A stretch of 64,000 nucleotides of DNA, from the NCBI GenBank assembly GCA_022510485.1, contig JAFLTI010000004.1:23011-87010 (forward strand). Direction: 5' to 3'. A program made the position numbers and the translations under genes. The number at the start of each line of letters is the position of its first letter. Positions within the stretch are counted from its first letter, which is position 1. This document shows positions 45,885 to 55,390 of the stretch, piece after piece. The notes beneath the pieces are model-generated. The model worked only from the letters and a program-made list of their open reading frames with translations, was not told the DNA's origin and made no database searches. This stretch comes from Lentimicrobiaceae bacterium (GTDB taxonomy: Bacteria > Bacteroidota > Bacteroidia > Bacteroidales > P3).

Positions 45885-46799
45885 CTAAAGCCATACCGCC
45901 CAGACACTCAGGGTGATAATGAGTATGAACAGCGTTTCTTTCAAAACACTTTGCCGTGTATAGATAATGCACTTGGTGCAGAAGAACGCTGTTGGAAAGA
46001 ACAGTGGAAAACGGTGCGCCGGCGGCAGTTTTCCTGCAGAGAGCAGCACAAAAAGCACTAAATAGAAAAACATGATTGCCATTGCCGAAGACTTGCGCCT
46101 TTCTATCATTTCTAAATCTTGCATGAATTGGCGCGAAGAAATGAGCGAGAGCGTAGACAGAATCACGCAGAAAAGCAGCAGCACGCCCGGCAGTATGGAA
46201 ATTTCGGAAAGATGGCTTATGGCGTGTCCGAAAACCTGAATCTGCGCCATATTCTGCGCCAAAAGGTTCTGACCGCTCAAAAAGTCGATGGCAGCCAAAA
46301 TCAGGTAGGGCGTTCCCATACCTGTTATCGAAGTGAGCCACATATGCCAATTGCCCACCGCATAAACCAGCAGCACAATCAGCAGGCAGGGCAGGGTAAA
46401 GAATAAATCGGGAAAGAAAACCGTTGCCGCGCTCCAGAAAAAGGCGGCGTTGAACACATCCGGATAAGGGTTCTCTTTTCCGTACATATTGAAGGTGTAG
46501 TAAAAAGAGAGCAGAAAGAGAGGATAGACCCAGATTTGGGGCGTGTATGCCGTGCCTAAATGAGGAACCATCAGGCATAGGAAAATAATGCCTTGTATGC
46601 CCGGATTGCGCGAAACCTGTTGCCGCTGTACTACATAGCAGGCACCTGCCACCATAAGCAGGCTTACTGCCCAGCCGCCCCAGCCGGTACCGTTAAAGAA
46701 ACCTTCCGATACAAACGCCTTGCCCCAAAGGATAAGCGAAACCAATATCAGCAGCCCGAATTGGAAAAGCAGGTTGTTTTTAGACAGTTTTATAAACAT
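45885..46799 (-). CDS. Polytopic inner-membrane protein, function unknown
   Basis: About 8-9 hydrophobic helices. ATG 46799 (MFIKLSKNN) is preferred over the upstream TTG at 46829. Confidence 0.6.
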   Translation of the reverse strand: MFIKLSKNNLLFQFGLLILVSLILWGKAFVSEGFFNGTGWGGWAVSLLMVAGACYVVQRQQVSRNPGIQGIIFLCLMVPHLGTAYTPQIWVYPLFLLSFYYTFNMYGKENPYPDVFNAAFFWSAATVFFPDLFFTLPCLLIVLLVYAVGNWHMWLTSITGMGTPYLILAAIDFLSGQNLLAQNMAQIQVFGHAISHLSEISILPGVLLLFCVILSTLSLISSRQFMQDLEMIERRKSSAMAIMFFYLVLFVLLSAGKLPPAHRFPLFFPTAFFCTKCIIYTRQSVLKETLFILIITLSVWAVWL

Positions 46800-46848
46800 G
46801 GCAAGGGTTTTTGCTTTGCGAAAGTACAAAAAACGCGCGGAAAGGCGT

Positions 46849-48780
46849 CTAATTCCGCAGCCGGAAAGTGAGTGCGCCGCTCTGTTCTATATATTCTTCG
46901 GCAAGAAGGTAGCGCCAAAGTTGTTTCAAGACAGCTTCGCTTTCTTCGGGCAGCAGTTCTTCTAAATGCGATAGGTTAAAGTCTTTGTCTTGCAGGGCAG
47001 GCTGTATGTTTTCAAAAAGTTGTTTGAGCCTTTTTTCCGATACCGGGCGGGTCTTTCTTTCAAGGCAGACATCGCAGGTAGCGCAGTCCGCCCCCTTGTG
47101 CTCTCCGAAATATTGCAGCAGATAACGGCTGCGGCACAGATTCGTTTCCTGAACATAGCCCAGCATAGCGTCTAACTTTCGGGTGGCGTTTTCCTTGCGC
47201 CCGGCATACACATCGGGTTGCAGGAAAAGCGGCCCTTTTTCGCGGCGTTCCATCAAGAAGACGATGCTTCCTCCCTGCGGGGCAGGTTCATAAGAGAGCA
47301 GTTCCATACGATGCAGTTCCGAAAGCTTTTGGCATACCTTTTCGTAGGGGATTCCGAGCTTGGATGCCATAATTTTTTCATCAATGGGGGTGTAGTCCGA
47401 AAACAGTTTGCCTCCGTAAGAACGCAAGAGAAACTGTATGACAGGTTCCAAGGCAGGGTAGTCTACCGAGTGGCGGTAAAGGTTGTTGTAATCGGTGGTG
47501 ATATGCACTTTTGCCGATTGTCGGGCTTGTTCCGAAATACGGAAAAAGCCTTCTTTTTCTAAGAACGAGAGAGCCGAAAAGGTTTCTGCCAAGGGCAGGT
47601 TGTAGGCGTGGGCAAATGCGGCGGTTTCAAAGGCAAAGGTCTGACCCGCTCCTGAACCGGGAGGAATGCAGAGGTAATTGCCCAAAGCCTCGTACACGCG
47701 GCGGATAAAGGTCATTCCGGGATAGGAACGGCTTAGGTTCTGCAGGGCATCGCTTTGGTCGGAGGGGTGATAGATAAGGAGGGCAAAAGCACGTTTGCCG
47801 TCGCGCCCCGCCCGCCCCGCTTCCTGAAAATATGCCTCTATGGTGTCCGGCAAATCTAAATGCACCACAAAGCGCACATCGGGTTTGTCTATGCCCATGC
47901 CGAAAGCGTTGGTGGCAACGATAACGCGGATTTGGTTGTCGATCCACTCCTGTTGGCATCGGGAACGCTGGGCATTGTCTAATCCTCCGTGATAAAAAGA
48001 GGCGGAGATGCCCCGCTGACGCAGCATGGCGGCTATCTCCACTGTTTTGCGGCGGTTGCGCACATACACGATGCCGCTGCCGCCCACTTTGCGGATAATG
48101 CGTTCCAAACGCCCCATCTTGTCTTCGTCGTAAATAACGTAGTAAGTGAGGTTGTCGCGCACAAAGCTTTTTTGAAAAACCTTGTGGGGGCGTATGCGTA
48201 ACTTTTCCTGAATATCTAAAACCACGTCGGGCGTGGCAGTAGCGGTAAGCGCCAAAAGAGGCACACCGGGGAGGTATTCCCTCAGTTCGGCAATCTGTAG
48301 GTAGGGCGGTCTGAAATCATAGCCCCATTGCGACACACAATGCGCCTCGTCTACCGCAAGAAGGCACACCTGCATACGCTCCAGTTGCGCGAGAAACATC
48401 TTGTTGCGGCAACGCTCCGGCGATACGTAAAGAAATTTGATGCGGTTATGCACCGCCGCGTTAAAGATAAGTTCGGTTTCTTCTTGCGAAAGCCCCGTAT
48501 AGACCGCCTCGGCGGGGATGCCCCTTTTCTTAAGGTTCTCTACTTGGTCTTTCATCAAAGCGATAAGGGGCGATATGACAATGCATACGCCCCTCATGGC
48601 TAATGCCGGAACTTGAAAACATATCGACTTTCCGCCACCAGTGGGAAGCAACGCCAAGGCATCTTTCCCTTGCAAAACGTATTCGATAATGTCCTGCTGC
48701 AAGGGTCTGAACTGATCATACCCCCAGTACCGGCGCAGTATCTCGTGTATGTCGGAAATATCCCGATTATTTGTTTCCAA
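46849..48780 (-). CDS. recQ: ATP-dependent DNA helicase RecQ
   Basis: WGYDQFRPLQ, LPTGGGKS, DEAHCVSQWGYDFRPPY and a zinc-binding CRSRYLLQYFGE..CATCDVC. The only in-frame start before the conserved N-terminus is TTG 48780, which overlaps the upstream gene by 14 nt. Confidence 0.9.
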   Translation of the reverse strand: METNNRDISDIHEILRRYWGYDQFRPLQQDIIEYVLQGKDALALLPTGGGKSICFQVPALAMRGVCIVISPLIALMKDQVENLKKRGIPAEAVYTGLSQEETELIFNAAVHNRIKFLYVSPERCRNKMFLAQLERMQVCLLAVDEAHCVSQWGYDFRPPYLQIAELREYLPGVPLLALTATATPDVVLDIQEKLRIRPHKVFQKSFVRDNLTYYVIYDEDKMGRLERIIRKVGGSGIVYVRNRRKTVEIAAMLRQRGISASFYHGGLDNAQRSRCQQEWIDNQIRVIVATNAFGMGIDKPDVRFVVHLDLPDTIEAYFQEAGRAGRDGKRAFALLIYHPSDQSDALQNLSRSYPGMTFIRRVYEALGNYLCIPPGSGAGQTFAFETAAFAHAYNLPLAETFSALSFLEKEGFFRISEQARQSAKVHITTDYNNLYRHSVDYPALEPVIQFLLRSYGGKLFSDYTPIDEKIMASKLGIPYEKVCQKLSELHRMELLSYEPAPQGGSIVFLMERREKGPLFLQPDVYAGRKENATRKLDAMLGYVQETNLCRSRYLLQYFGEHKGADCATCDVCLERKTRPVSEKRLKQLFENIQPALQDKDFNLSHLEELLPEESEAVLKQLWRYLLAEEYIEQSGALTFRLRN

Positions 48781-50167
48781 TAACCTTTACTTTGTTTACT
48801 TCCCAAGTTGCCATAGTTTCGGTATCGCTCTTATAAACAAAGGCGATGCGGAAAGTCTGCCCCTTGTAGGAAGCCAAGTTATATTCGCCGCTGCTTTGGA
48901 AAGTAAAATTATTTCCTTGATGCCTTACGGGCATATCCAAAGTTTGCCATGTGGCTTGGTTCGGGTCAAAATGTCTGGCGGGATCGTAGTCGGTAGAAAT
49001 GCGCACGGCATACCAATCGTAAGTGGAATTGTACTTGTAGCTGAGCGCTTCTTCAAAACTGAACTTGATATCGTTAAAGCGTTCAGGAATATCTATCGGG
49101 TCTGAAATCAGCCAGTCTTCGTTTACTTCTTTGCTGGTTCCGCTACCTTGCAGCATGGCGCAACCGTCGCCGTATTTGCCCCAAGTCCAGCGGGCATTGC
49201 CTGTAACGCTCACCACCTTGAAATAAGAGAGGTCGCTACTGAAAGAAGCCGAGAAAATAGGATAGTTTACTTCGCCGGTTTCGTTGAATTTGGCAGTATC
49301 CAAATCGGAATAGCTACGCAGATAGAACTGTTTGGTATCGCCGTAGATAGCATAAATGCAAACCATATCGCCTATGCCGGCGGGAATCGGACGCTTGAAG
49401 AAGCGGCAGGCGCTGCTGGTACGTAGCACAAAGGAACCTTGTCCGTTGATACTGAAATAGCGGTTGGTGGAAGTGGGATTGGTTCCCGCCGGCGGTGCCG
49501 GGGCAAATTCCTGTCCTACTTCATCTCCGGCAAACTGTACGTTGCGCAGCACTACCAACTGGTTATAAAGCATGGGATTTTCCAGTTGAGAAGCATCAGT
49601 AATTTCGATAGGTTGGGGGAGTTCGGCGGGATCGGCGGGTGCTAAGCCTTTCTTGAACACATGGCGGTTGAATACCGCATCGGGAATACGACCTAAGGAA
49701 ACCGAGCCGTTTTCGTCGGCATAGCGGAAGCCCAATTGGGGAAGATTTTCGTATTTGCCGATATAAAGCCCGGAGCAGTTGATATACAGTTCCTGTCCTA
49801 CGGGGTAGAAATTATACAGCCCCGTCTTATCCACGCTGAGGTTCAAGGCACGCTCGCTGTTTTTATCGCGCACATACATACTCTTGTAGATATTGCCCGA
49901 CACATCGTTGCCGATAACCACCACATTAAGGTAAATATCACGCCAAAGCGAGTCGGTTCCATTCAGTTCCAAAAACTGACCCACTGAATCAAAGTCGCCC
50001 GGATAGTGACCGTACAATTCGTCAAGGCTCATAATCTTGGCGTTGGACGGCTCAAAATTAGGGTCGAAAGGGGGCACATCGTCATGTTGAAACTTAACAC
50101 AGGAAGAAAGCATTAAGCCGCATCCCAATGCCAAAAGGCTCGATTTTATAATGTTGTATGTTTTCAT
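48767..50167 (-). CDS. Surface lipoprotein with an N-terminal OB-fold-like (DUF5689-like) module and a C-terminal choice-of-anchor-J-like domain
   Basis: Lipobox LMLSSC. VVVIGNDVSGNIYKSMYVRD is paralogous to the next gene. C-terminus NEDWLISDPIDIP...WYAVRISTDYD...ATWQTL...FRIAFVYKS...WEVNKVKV. Confidence 0.65.
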   Translation of the reverse strand: MKTYNIIKSSLLALGCGLMLSSCVKFQHDDVPPFDPNFEPSNAKIMSLDELYGHYPGDFDSVGQFLELNGTDSLWRDIYLNVVVIGNDVSGNIYKSMYVRDKNSERALNLSVDKTGLYNFYPVGQELYINCSGLYIGKYENLPQLGFRYADENGSVSLGRIPDAVFNRHVFKKGLAPADPAELPQPIEITDASQLENPMLYNQLVVLRNVQFAGDEVGQEFAPAPPAGTNPTSTNRYFSINGQGSFVLRTSSACRFFKRPIPAGIGDMVCIYAIYGDTKQFYLRSYSDLDTAKFNETGEVNYPIFSASFSSDLSYFKVVSVTGNARWTWGKYGDGCAMLQGSGTSKEVNEDWLISDPIDIPERFNDIKFSFEEALSYKYNSTYDWYAVRISTDYDPARHFDPNQATWQTLDMPVRHQGNNFTFQSSGEYNLASYKGQTFRIAFVYKSDTETMATWEVNKVKVIGNK

Positions 50168-50185
50168 AATTCTTTTCCTTTCGTT

Positions 50186-50995
50186 TTATTCTTGAACGGG
50201 TTCATCATCAAAACCGATAATGTCGTTTTTGTCGCGGAAATAGAATTGAGGTGTTCCGTTGTAGATGCCCAATATACCTACCACATCGCCTGTTCCGCCG
50301 GGAATAAGGTCGTTGGCAAACAAGGCGTAGGTGCTGTTGCGGCAAACAAGCGAGTTGCCATAGCTATCCAGAATATTGCGGTTGGAACCGTTGCCCGCGT
50401 CGCCTGCCGTAGCAAAAGTAAGCCCCACATCTTCAAAATGCACGTTTTCGATGCGGATAAGCCTGCCCACTAAAGGAGCGGGCTGCCATAGAATATCGAA
50501 AATGCTGGTTTCGATAGGCTCCGGTGTGCTGGCAGCCGAAGCGTAACCTTTGCGGAAGAAATGTTCGTCACATTCGGGTTCGTAGAGGCGTTGCACCACA
50601 TTGTTGCCTTGACCGGCAATTTGTGGCTGTCCGCCGTAAAGCCCCATAGCCAAGCCTTTGAGCGAAACAACCAAGCGTTGTCCGATAGCGTATTTATGGT
50701 GATTGTTGGTCATCTCTATCTCAATGTCGATGCCGCCGGTTTCGTCTTGCAGGTAAATCTTTTTGTAGATATTGCCCCCAATATCGTTGCCCACCACTAC
50801 GCCTTCGATATACCATGCCGAATCGAGGTCGATATAACTGATTTCTCCGAAACGGTTTATCAGTTCGGCAATCGTGATGTTGGCTTTCAAGTCTGTGTCG
50901 GGAGCCTTGGGCATATCGGGTTCACCCACGCAGGAAACAAGCCCCAGCACTGCCAAAACCGGAAAAATGGATAATATATTGCGAAATGTTTTCAT
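50186..50995 (-). CDS. Surface lipoprotein, OB-fold-like (DUF5689-like) module only
   Basis: Lipobox GLVSC. IEGVVVGNDIGGNIYKKIYLQDETGGIDIEI, GQRLVVSLKGLAMGLYGGQPQI, IRIENVHF. Family name is from memory. Confidence 0.65.
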   Translation of the reverse strand: MKTFRNILSIFPVLAVLGLVSCVGEPDMPKAPDTDLKANITIAELINRFGEISYIDLDSAWYIEGVVVGNDIGGNIYKKIYLQDETGGIDIEIEMTNNHHKYAIGQRLVVSLKGLAMGLYGGQPQIAGQGNNVVQRLYEPECDEHFFRKGYASAASTPEPIETSIFDILWQPAPLVGRLIRIENVHFEDVGLTFATAGDAGNGSNRNILDSYGNSLVCRNSTYALFANDLIPGGTGDVVGILGIYNGTPQFYFRDKNDIIGFDDEPVQE

Positions 50996-51014
50996 CTTAC
51001 TCTGTTTTTAAGAA

Positions 51015-53768
51015 TTAGAAACGAACACCTACGTTAATAAAAAATGTGGTTCCGTAGGAGTAGAAATAACGGGGCGGATATTTGTCTACGTTATGTTCTC
51101 CATAGTCGAAACGGCGTTGTTCGTAACCGCCGCTCTGAATATTGCGGTTGTTGGTTACGTTCTGCACCGAGGCGTTGAGGTTGATTTGCCAGCCTTTCAT
51201 ACGGAACACCTTGCCGATAGAGAGGTCTAAGGTAAAGCCTCCGTTAAGTTTTTCTTGATCCAGAATGGCGGCGAGCAATTCCGTGTCATCTTGCGGAACC
51301 CCTACGATAGCGGCGGTAGTGCGGCGTTCGGGATTCATGCTCAGATAGCTGCGGCCCACATAGTTTACGTTGGCGTTGAGGAAGATGCCATAGGGTGCTT
51401 GGTAGTTCAAACCGAAAGACCCGGCAAACTGCGGTGTTCCCGTAATGTAGCAGTTCTTATAGTAAACCGTGTTGCGCTGGTCTTCAAACGAACCGTTTTC
51501 GGGCGAGATGATTGCCGTTGGATTGCTGTTGTAGCGGTAGTTGCCGATAGAAGCAATCAAAGTGGCGTTCAACTGCGGAATAATCTTTACGTCTACCCCC
51601 AGTTCGATACCTTGATGAATTTTATCCACTCCGTTGAGCGTATAGTTTACAAAGGTGCGGTAATCGTCGTGGTAGAAAGAAAAGGCTTCCATACCGTCAA
51701 AGAACATGGTGTGGTAGAGAGTCAGGCGGCCTTGAGCCACAGGGGTCTTGAGCACGTAGTTGACATCTACCGAGAAAATCTTTTCGTTTACCAAGTTTGC
51801 CACATCGTCTTTGATGCGGGGCGAGATATAGGCGTTGCGGAGGTAGGGCGCGCGTGTTTTCCACAAAAGGTTGGCAAAAATGTAGTTTCTGCCGTTTATC
51901 TTCCAAGTGGCACCGGCTTTGAGGGCGTAGTTGTAGAAACCGTGCACGTCGCCTTTGCCTTTGGAGTTTTCGGGAGCGCGGCCGTTGCGCATATGACCGT
52001 AACGCCAGAATTGCGTGGTTGAAAATTCAGCTCCGCCGTAGAAATCCCAGTGGGCGTAGTCGAACTGTGCCAAAGCGAACAATTGACCGTAAACAAGGTG
52101 CATATCGTAATTGTAACCGAATTTGTCGCCTTTCTTGATAATACGGTTGGGATTGTCAAGGTCGTTCTGAATTTCATCGGCATCCGACGAAAAGTCGCGT
52201 TCGGCAAACTGGTCTATATCGGTCCAGAATTCACCTCCCAAGAGGTCGTTCATTACCTTGAAGTTCTTGGTGATGTTGTTGCGTATGCGGATACCGGCGT
52301 TCAGTTTGGCGTGTTCGGTAAAGGTTTGGTTTAGCACGGAGCTGATGTTGAAATCGCTTACATCGTTGCGGCGTTCCTCCAAGATATATTTAGACTGTCT
52401 TCCCAGTGCGTTCTGAGCGTAGTTTACTTGATAGAGGTTGTCCCAATCCACTTGGCTTACGCTCGGATCGTTGCGCCACAGGTCGGCAACCATAGCGGCT
52501 GTGGCGGGATCTTCGTAATAGGAGGGCAGGTAACGGTAGTAGTCGGGGCGCGGGTCGGGCGCATCGTACCAGTTTAAGGCGGTAGAACCGTAACGACCGA
52601 ATTGGTAACTTGCCACCGTATTGATTTTGGTGTTTGTACCCGGGTCGTAATCCCATACCAACTGGAATGTGGGCAAGAAAGATTTGTGAATCCTCGCCGA
52701 GCGGATCTTGCCGTTTTGATAACCCCAGTTACCGTTATAGTAGTGGCTGCCTACCAAGTCGTAAACTTCTTGGTAGGAACCTCCTTGCATGGCGCGTTGG
52801 GTAGGCGAGCCGAAAGCCACGAAACTGATGGAGTGTCCGGAAGACTGAAAGCGTTTTTCTACCGAAGCGTAATAGCCCCAGCCATCGTAGGACAAACCGT
52901 CGGGAACACCCTTGTTTTCGTAGGCTTTGCTAAAACGTGGCACACGCACGTGGGTGGAAGAAAGATCCACCAAGCCGTCGCCCCAACGGCGGGAGAGGCT
53001 GAGTGCCACCGCCCAACCTTTTTTAAGAAGCCCCGAACCGTAGGAGTACATCAGACGGTGGGTATAGGTACGGTTGGTAATCGCGTAAGAAAACTTGTGC
53101 TGGCGCGGCATGGCGGAAGCACGCATATTGATGTTCTGTTCGCCGCCCAAGTTGCCGAAGCCGAAACCTGCGGGGTTAAGCCCGCTGGCAACCTCCTTGT
53201 TGCGGGTGGCGTCGTTGAGACCGCCCCATTCAGACCAAGAAGCGCGTCCGTTTTCGGCATCGTTCATCAATGCTCCGTTGATATAAACGGTGTTGTTTTC
53301 GTTGTCATAACCGCGTGGGCGAAAATAGGCAAAGCCGAGATTGTAACCGGCGGAACGGTCAAAAATATCTTCCGACTGAGTCTGAAGTCCTGCCACTGCC
53401 TGACCTCCGTAGCCCATTGTTTCGTCGCCGTCAAGTTCTGCGGAAAAAACATCGCCGGTAGAAATTGCCTGCGCTTCTTCCAAATAATAAACGCCGCCGC
53501 TGAAATCCTTTACGTTGATAACTTCGGATTTGTGCCCGGGGGCTGTAACGGTAAGCGAAATCTTGCCGCTTTCGGGTACGTTGCCGATCAGGAAGCTGCC
53601 GTCTTCCGCTACGCTTACCCTTTCGGTGCCCACCGAAACCTGTGCATTCGGAATGGGTTCTTTCGTACGCTTTTCTAAGATCGTTCCGCTAATCTGCCGC
53701 TGTGCCACCGAAAGAGACACAAGACAAAAAAACGAAAGGAGCATGACCAAATGTTTCATGGTTGCCAT
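51015..53768 (-). CDS. TonB-dependent outer-membrane receptor with an N-terminal carboxypeptidase-regulatory-like domain
   Basis: Signal peptide, ISGTILEKRTKEPIPNAQV (CarbopepD_reg-like), plug-like RGYDNENNTVYINGALMND, a long beta-barrel and a terminal ...INVGVRF. Alternative start at ATG 53759. Confidence 0.8.
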   Translation of the reverse strand: MATMKHLVMLLSFFCLVSLSVAQRQISGTILEKRTKEPIPNAQVSVGTERVSVAEDGSFLIGNVPESGKISLTVTAPGHKSEVINVKDFSGGVYYLEEAQAISTGDVFSAELDGDETMGYGGQAVAGLQTQSEDIFDRSAGYNLGFAYFRPRGYDNENNTVYINGALMNDAENGRASWSEWGGLNDATRNKEVASGLNPAGFGFGNLGGEQNINMRASAMPRQHKFSYAITNRTYTHRLMYSYGSGLLKKGWAVALSLSRRWGDGLVDLSSTHVRVPRFSKAYENKGVPDGLSYDGWGYYASVEKRFQSSGHSISFVAFGSPTQRAMQGGSYQEVYDLVGSHYYNGNWGYQNGKIRSARIHKSFLPTFQLVWDYDPGTNTKINTVASYQFGRYGSTALNWYDAPDPRPDYYRYLPSYYEDPATAAMVADLWRNDPSVSQVDWDNLYQVNYAQNALGRQSKYILEERRNDVSDFNISSVLNQTFTEHAKLNAGIRIRNNITKNFKVMNDLLGGEFWTDIDQFAERDFSSDADEIQNDLDNPNRIIKKGDKFGYNYDMHLVYGQLFALAQFDYAHWDFYGGAEFSTTQFWRYGHMRNGRAPENSKGKGDVHGFYNYALKAGATWKINGRNYIFANLLWKTRAPYLRNAYISPRIKDDVANLVNEKIFSVDVNYVLKTPVAQGRLTLYHTMFFDGMEAFSFYHDDYRTFVNYTLNGVDKIHQGIELGVDVKIIPQLNATLIASIGNYRYNSNPTAIISPENGSFEDQRNTVYYKNCYITGTPQFAGSFGLNYQAPYGIFLNANVNYVGRSYLSMNPERRTTAAIVGVPQDDTELLAAILDQEKLNGGFTLDLSIGKVFRMKGWQINLNASVQNVTNNRNIQSGGYEQRRFDYGEHNVDKYPPRYFYSYGTTFFINVGVRF

Positions 53769-53817
53769 ATTTTAACTTGTGATAGTCTATTTGATAGCCA
53801 AACGAAAGGCTATAGCG

Positions 53818-53825
53818 CAAATTTA
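53818..53825 (-). promoter_or_regulatory. -7 promoter motif TAAATTTG (minus strand) for the receptor operon
   Basis: The plus strand reads CAAATTTA, 50 nt upstream of ATG 53768, in the 95-nt gap after comEC. Confidence 0.4.
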
Positions 53826-53863
53826 ACGAAAAAAAAGCTATCGACACGGAGGTGTTGATAATT

Positions 53864-55390
53864 TTATCCAAGCCAAAGAAAAGCTAACAAAAGGCTCAGA
53901 GAGCGGCGAATGAGCGGGGCGGAACGTTTTTTTGCCGCCATATAGCCGGTTATGACCACAGCGCAGAGCAATATCGCGGCGGGCAGCGAGATGGAAAAAT
54001 GAGCTACGGCGGCGGGCAGGCGTTCTATGGTTTGAGCACCTAAGTTCATAATTTGCAACAGCATATCCATAAGATACGATGCCAGCACGCCCGCCGCCGT
54101 GCTCCAAAGCAACGAAAGTACGGATATGGCTATGCCCAAGGGCAGGGCGATGTTCACAAGGGGAGCCACAAGGCAGTTACCTATCAGAAAATAGGTGGGA
54201 AAATTGCCGAACACGCAGAGGATAATGGGGAGCGTGGCAAGCTGGGCAGCCAAAGAGGCGGCAGAAAGGTCTTTGAAGAAACGGAGAATTTTGTTTTTAG
54301 GATTCCATAAACCGCTTATCAGGGGGTTGAGCAGCGTAAGCCCCACTACGGCGGTGTACGACAGCAAGAAGCCGGTATCATACAGCAAAGCGGGTTTTAT
54401 CAACAGCAACAGGAGGGCGGAAATGGCGAGGGAACGGACTGTATTTACCTTGCGCTTGAGGCAGTCGCCCAAGCCCACCACCGTAAACATATAGGCGGCG
54501 CGGCATACGGAGGGCGACATGCCGGTAAGCACCGCATAGCCCCATACCGGCATCAACACCAATAAAAAACGAAGCCACCTTTGCCATCTTTTTTTGCCGA
54601 GAAACGAAAGGGTGGCAGCTGCCATACAGGCAAAAATGCTCAGGTGCATTCCCGATACGGCAAGCACATGAATAATGCCGCTCTTGCGGTAGGCTTCTTC
54701 TATCGGATCGCTTCCCCTTTCGCCCAAAATCAAGGCTTTGGCTACTGCCGATTCGCTGCTGTTCATACCGCAGCTTTCCCAAAACAGGCGCAGGCGTGCG
54801 CGCAGGCTGTTCGTGCCTCGTTTGAAGTTTTGCCAAGGAGAAAGTTTGTGTTCCTTGAGGCTGAAATTTTGGGCAGAGAGGAACAGTTGGGCATAGATGC
54901 CTTTGTTTGCCATAAAGCCCGCGTAGTCGAAATACTTTCCGTCTCGCCCTGTAAAGCCTTCGATGGGTCGCCAATCCGCCCAAGTGAGAATGTGGTCGCC
55001 ATAGTGCGGCAAGGGCGCATCTTTAGTAAAGTAGCACTGCACGTAGCCGCAGCGTTCTTCTAAGATACTGTCTTTGCCGCAAGCAAGCACCATAGCCTTG
55101 GCGCGGAAAGTGCGGGCTCTTTCTTCGGGTTCCTCGCATACTTCCAGAAGGGTGTAACTTTCTGTGCCGGCAAGAATATAGTGTTTGGGGTTCTTAAGAG
55201 GGTCGGTGAGTTCGTAATTTGCCGACCCTAAGCAGACCGCCAGGCAGCATAGGGCAAGACTTTGCAGTTTCTTCTGTCTTGAGAGCAGAAGAAGCAAGAT
55301 GGGTAATAAAAAAAGCAGGCCTGCCTTATGCAAAAGCAGACCTGATACGTAGCTGAACAGAAAACAATAAATGGGGGAAAACGACCTCAA
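53864..55390 (-). CDS. comEC: ComEC/Rec2 family competence channel protein (DUF4131 plus competence domain; no metallo-beta-lactamase domain)
   Basis: Multi-TM protein with AKALILGERGS, SGIIHVLAVSGMHL and SFLLSYTAVVGL blocks typical of ComEC. TTG start at 55390 overlaps the upstream gene by 4 nt. Confidence 0.8.
   Translation of the reverse strand: MRSFSPIYCFLFSYVSGLLLHKAGLLFLLPILLLLLSRQKKLQSLALCCLAVCLGSANYELTDPLKNPKHYILAGTESYTLLEVCEEPEERARTFRAKAMVLACGKDSILEERCGYVQCYFTKDAPLPHYGDHILTWADWRPIEGFTGRDGKYFDYAGFMANKGIYAQLFLSAQNFSLKEHKLSPWQNFKRGTNSLRARLRLFWESCGMNSSESAVAKALILGERGSDPIEEAYRKSGIIHVLAVSGMHLSIFACMAAATLSFLGKKRWQRWLRFLLVLMPVWGYAVLTGMSPSVCRAAYMFTVVGLGDCLKRKVNTVRSLAISALLLLLIKPALLYDTGFLLSYTAVVGLTLLNPLISGLWNPKNKILRFFKDLSAASLAAQLATLPIILCVFGNFPTYFLIGNCLVAPLVNIALPLGIAISVLSLLWSTAAGVLASYLMDMLLQIMNLGAQTIERLPAAVAHFSISLPAAILLCAVVITGYMAAKKRSAPLIRRSLSLLLAFLWLG

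Noticed and set aside
45859-46578. A 239-aa ORF overlapping the polytopic membrane-protein gene in another frame.
   Set aside because: The alternative frame (45885-46799) encodes regular hydrophobic helices, whereas the 239-aa frame is Arg/Ala/Gly-rich shadow sequence.
32620-48780. The UvrD-like helicase, RadA, RecQ and PhoH, considered as possible components of a defence system.
   Set aside because: Each has the canonical housekeeping domain layout and host-like composition and sits among core metabolic genes. No adjacent nuclease, methylase, or partner of unknown function typical of defence islands is present.
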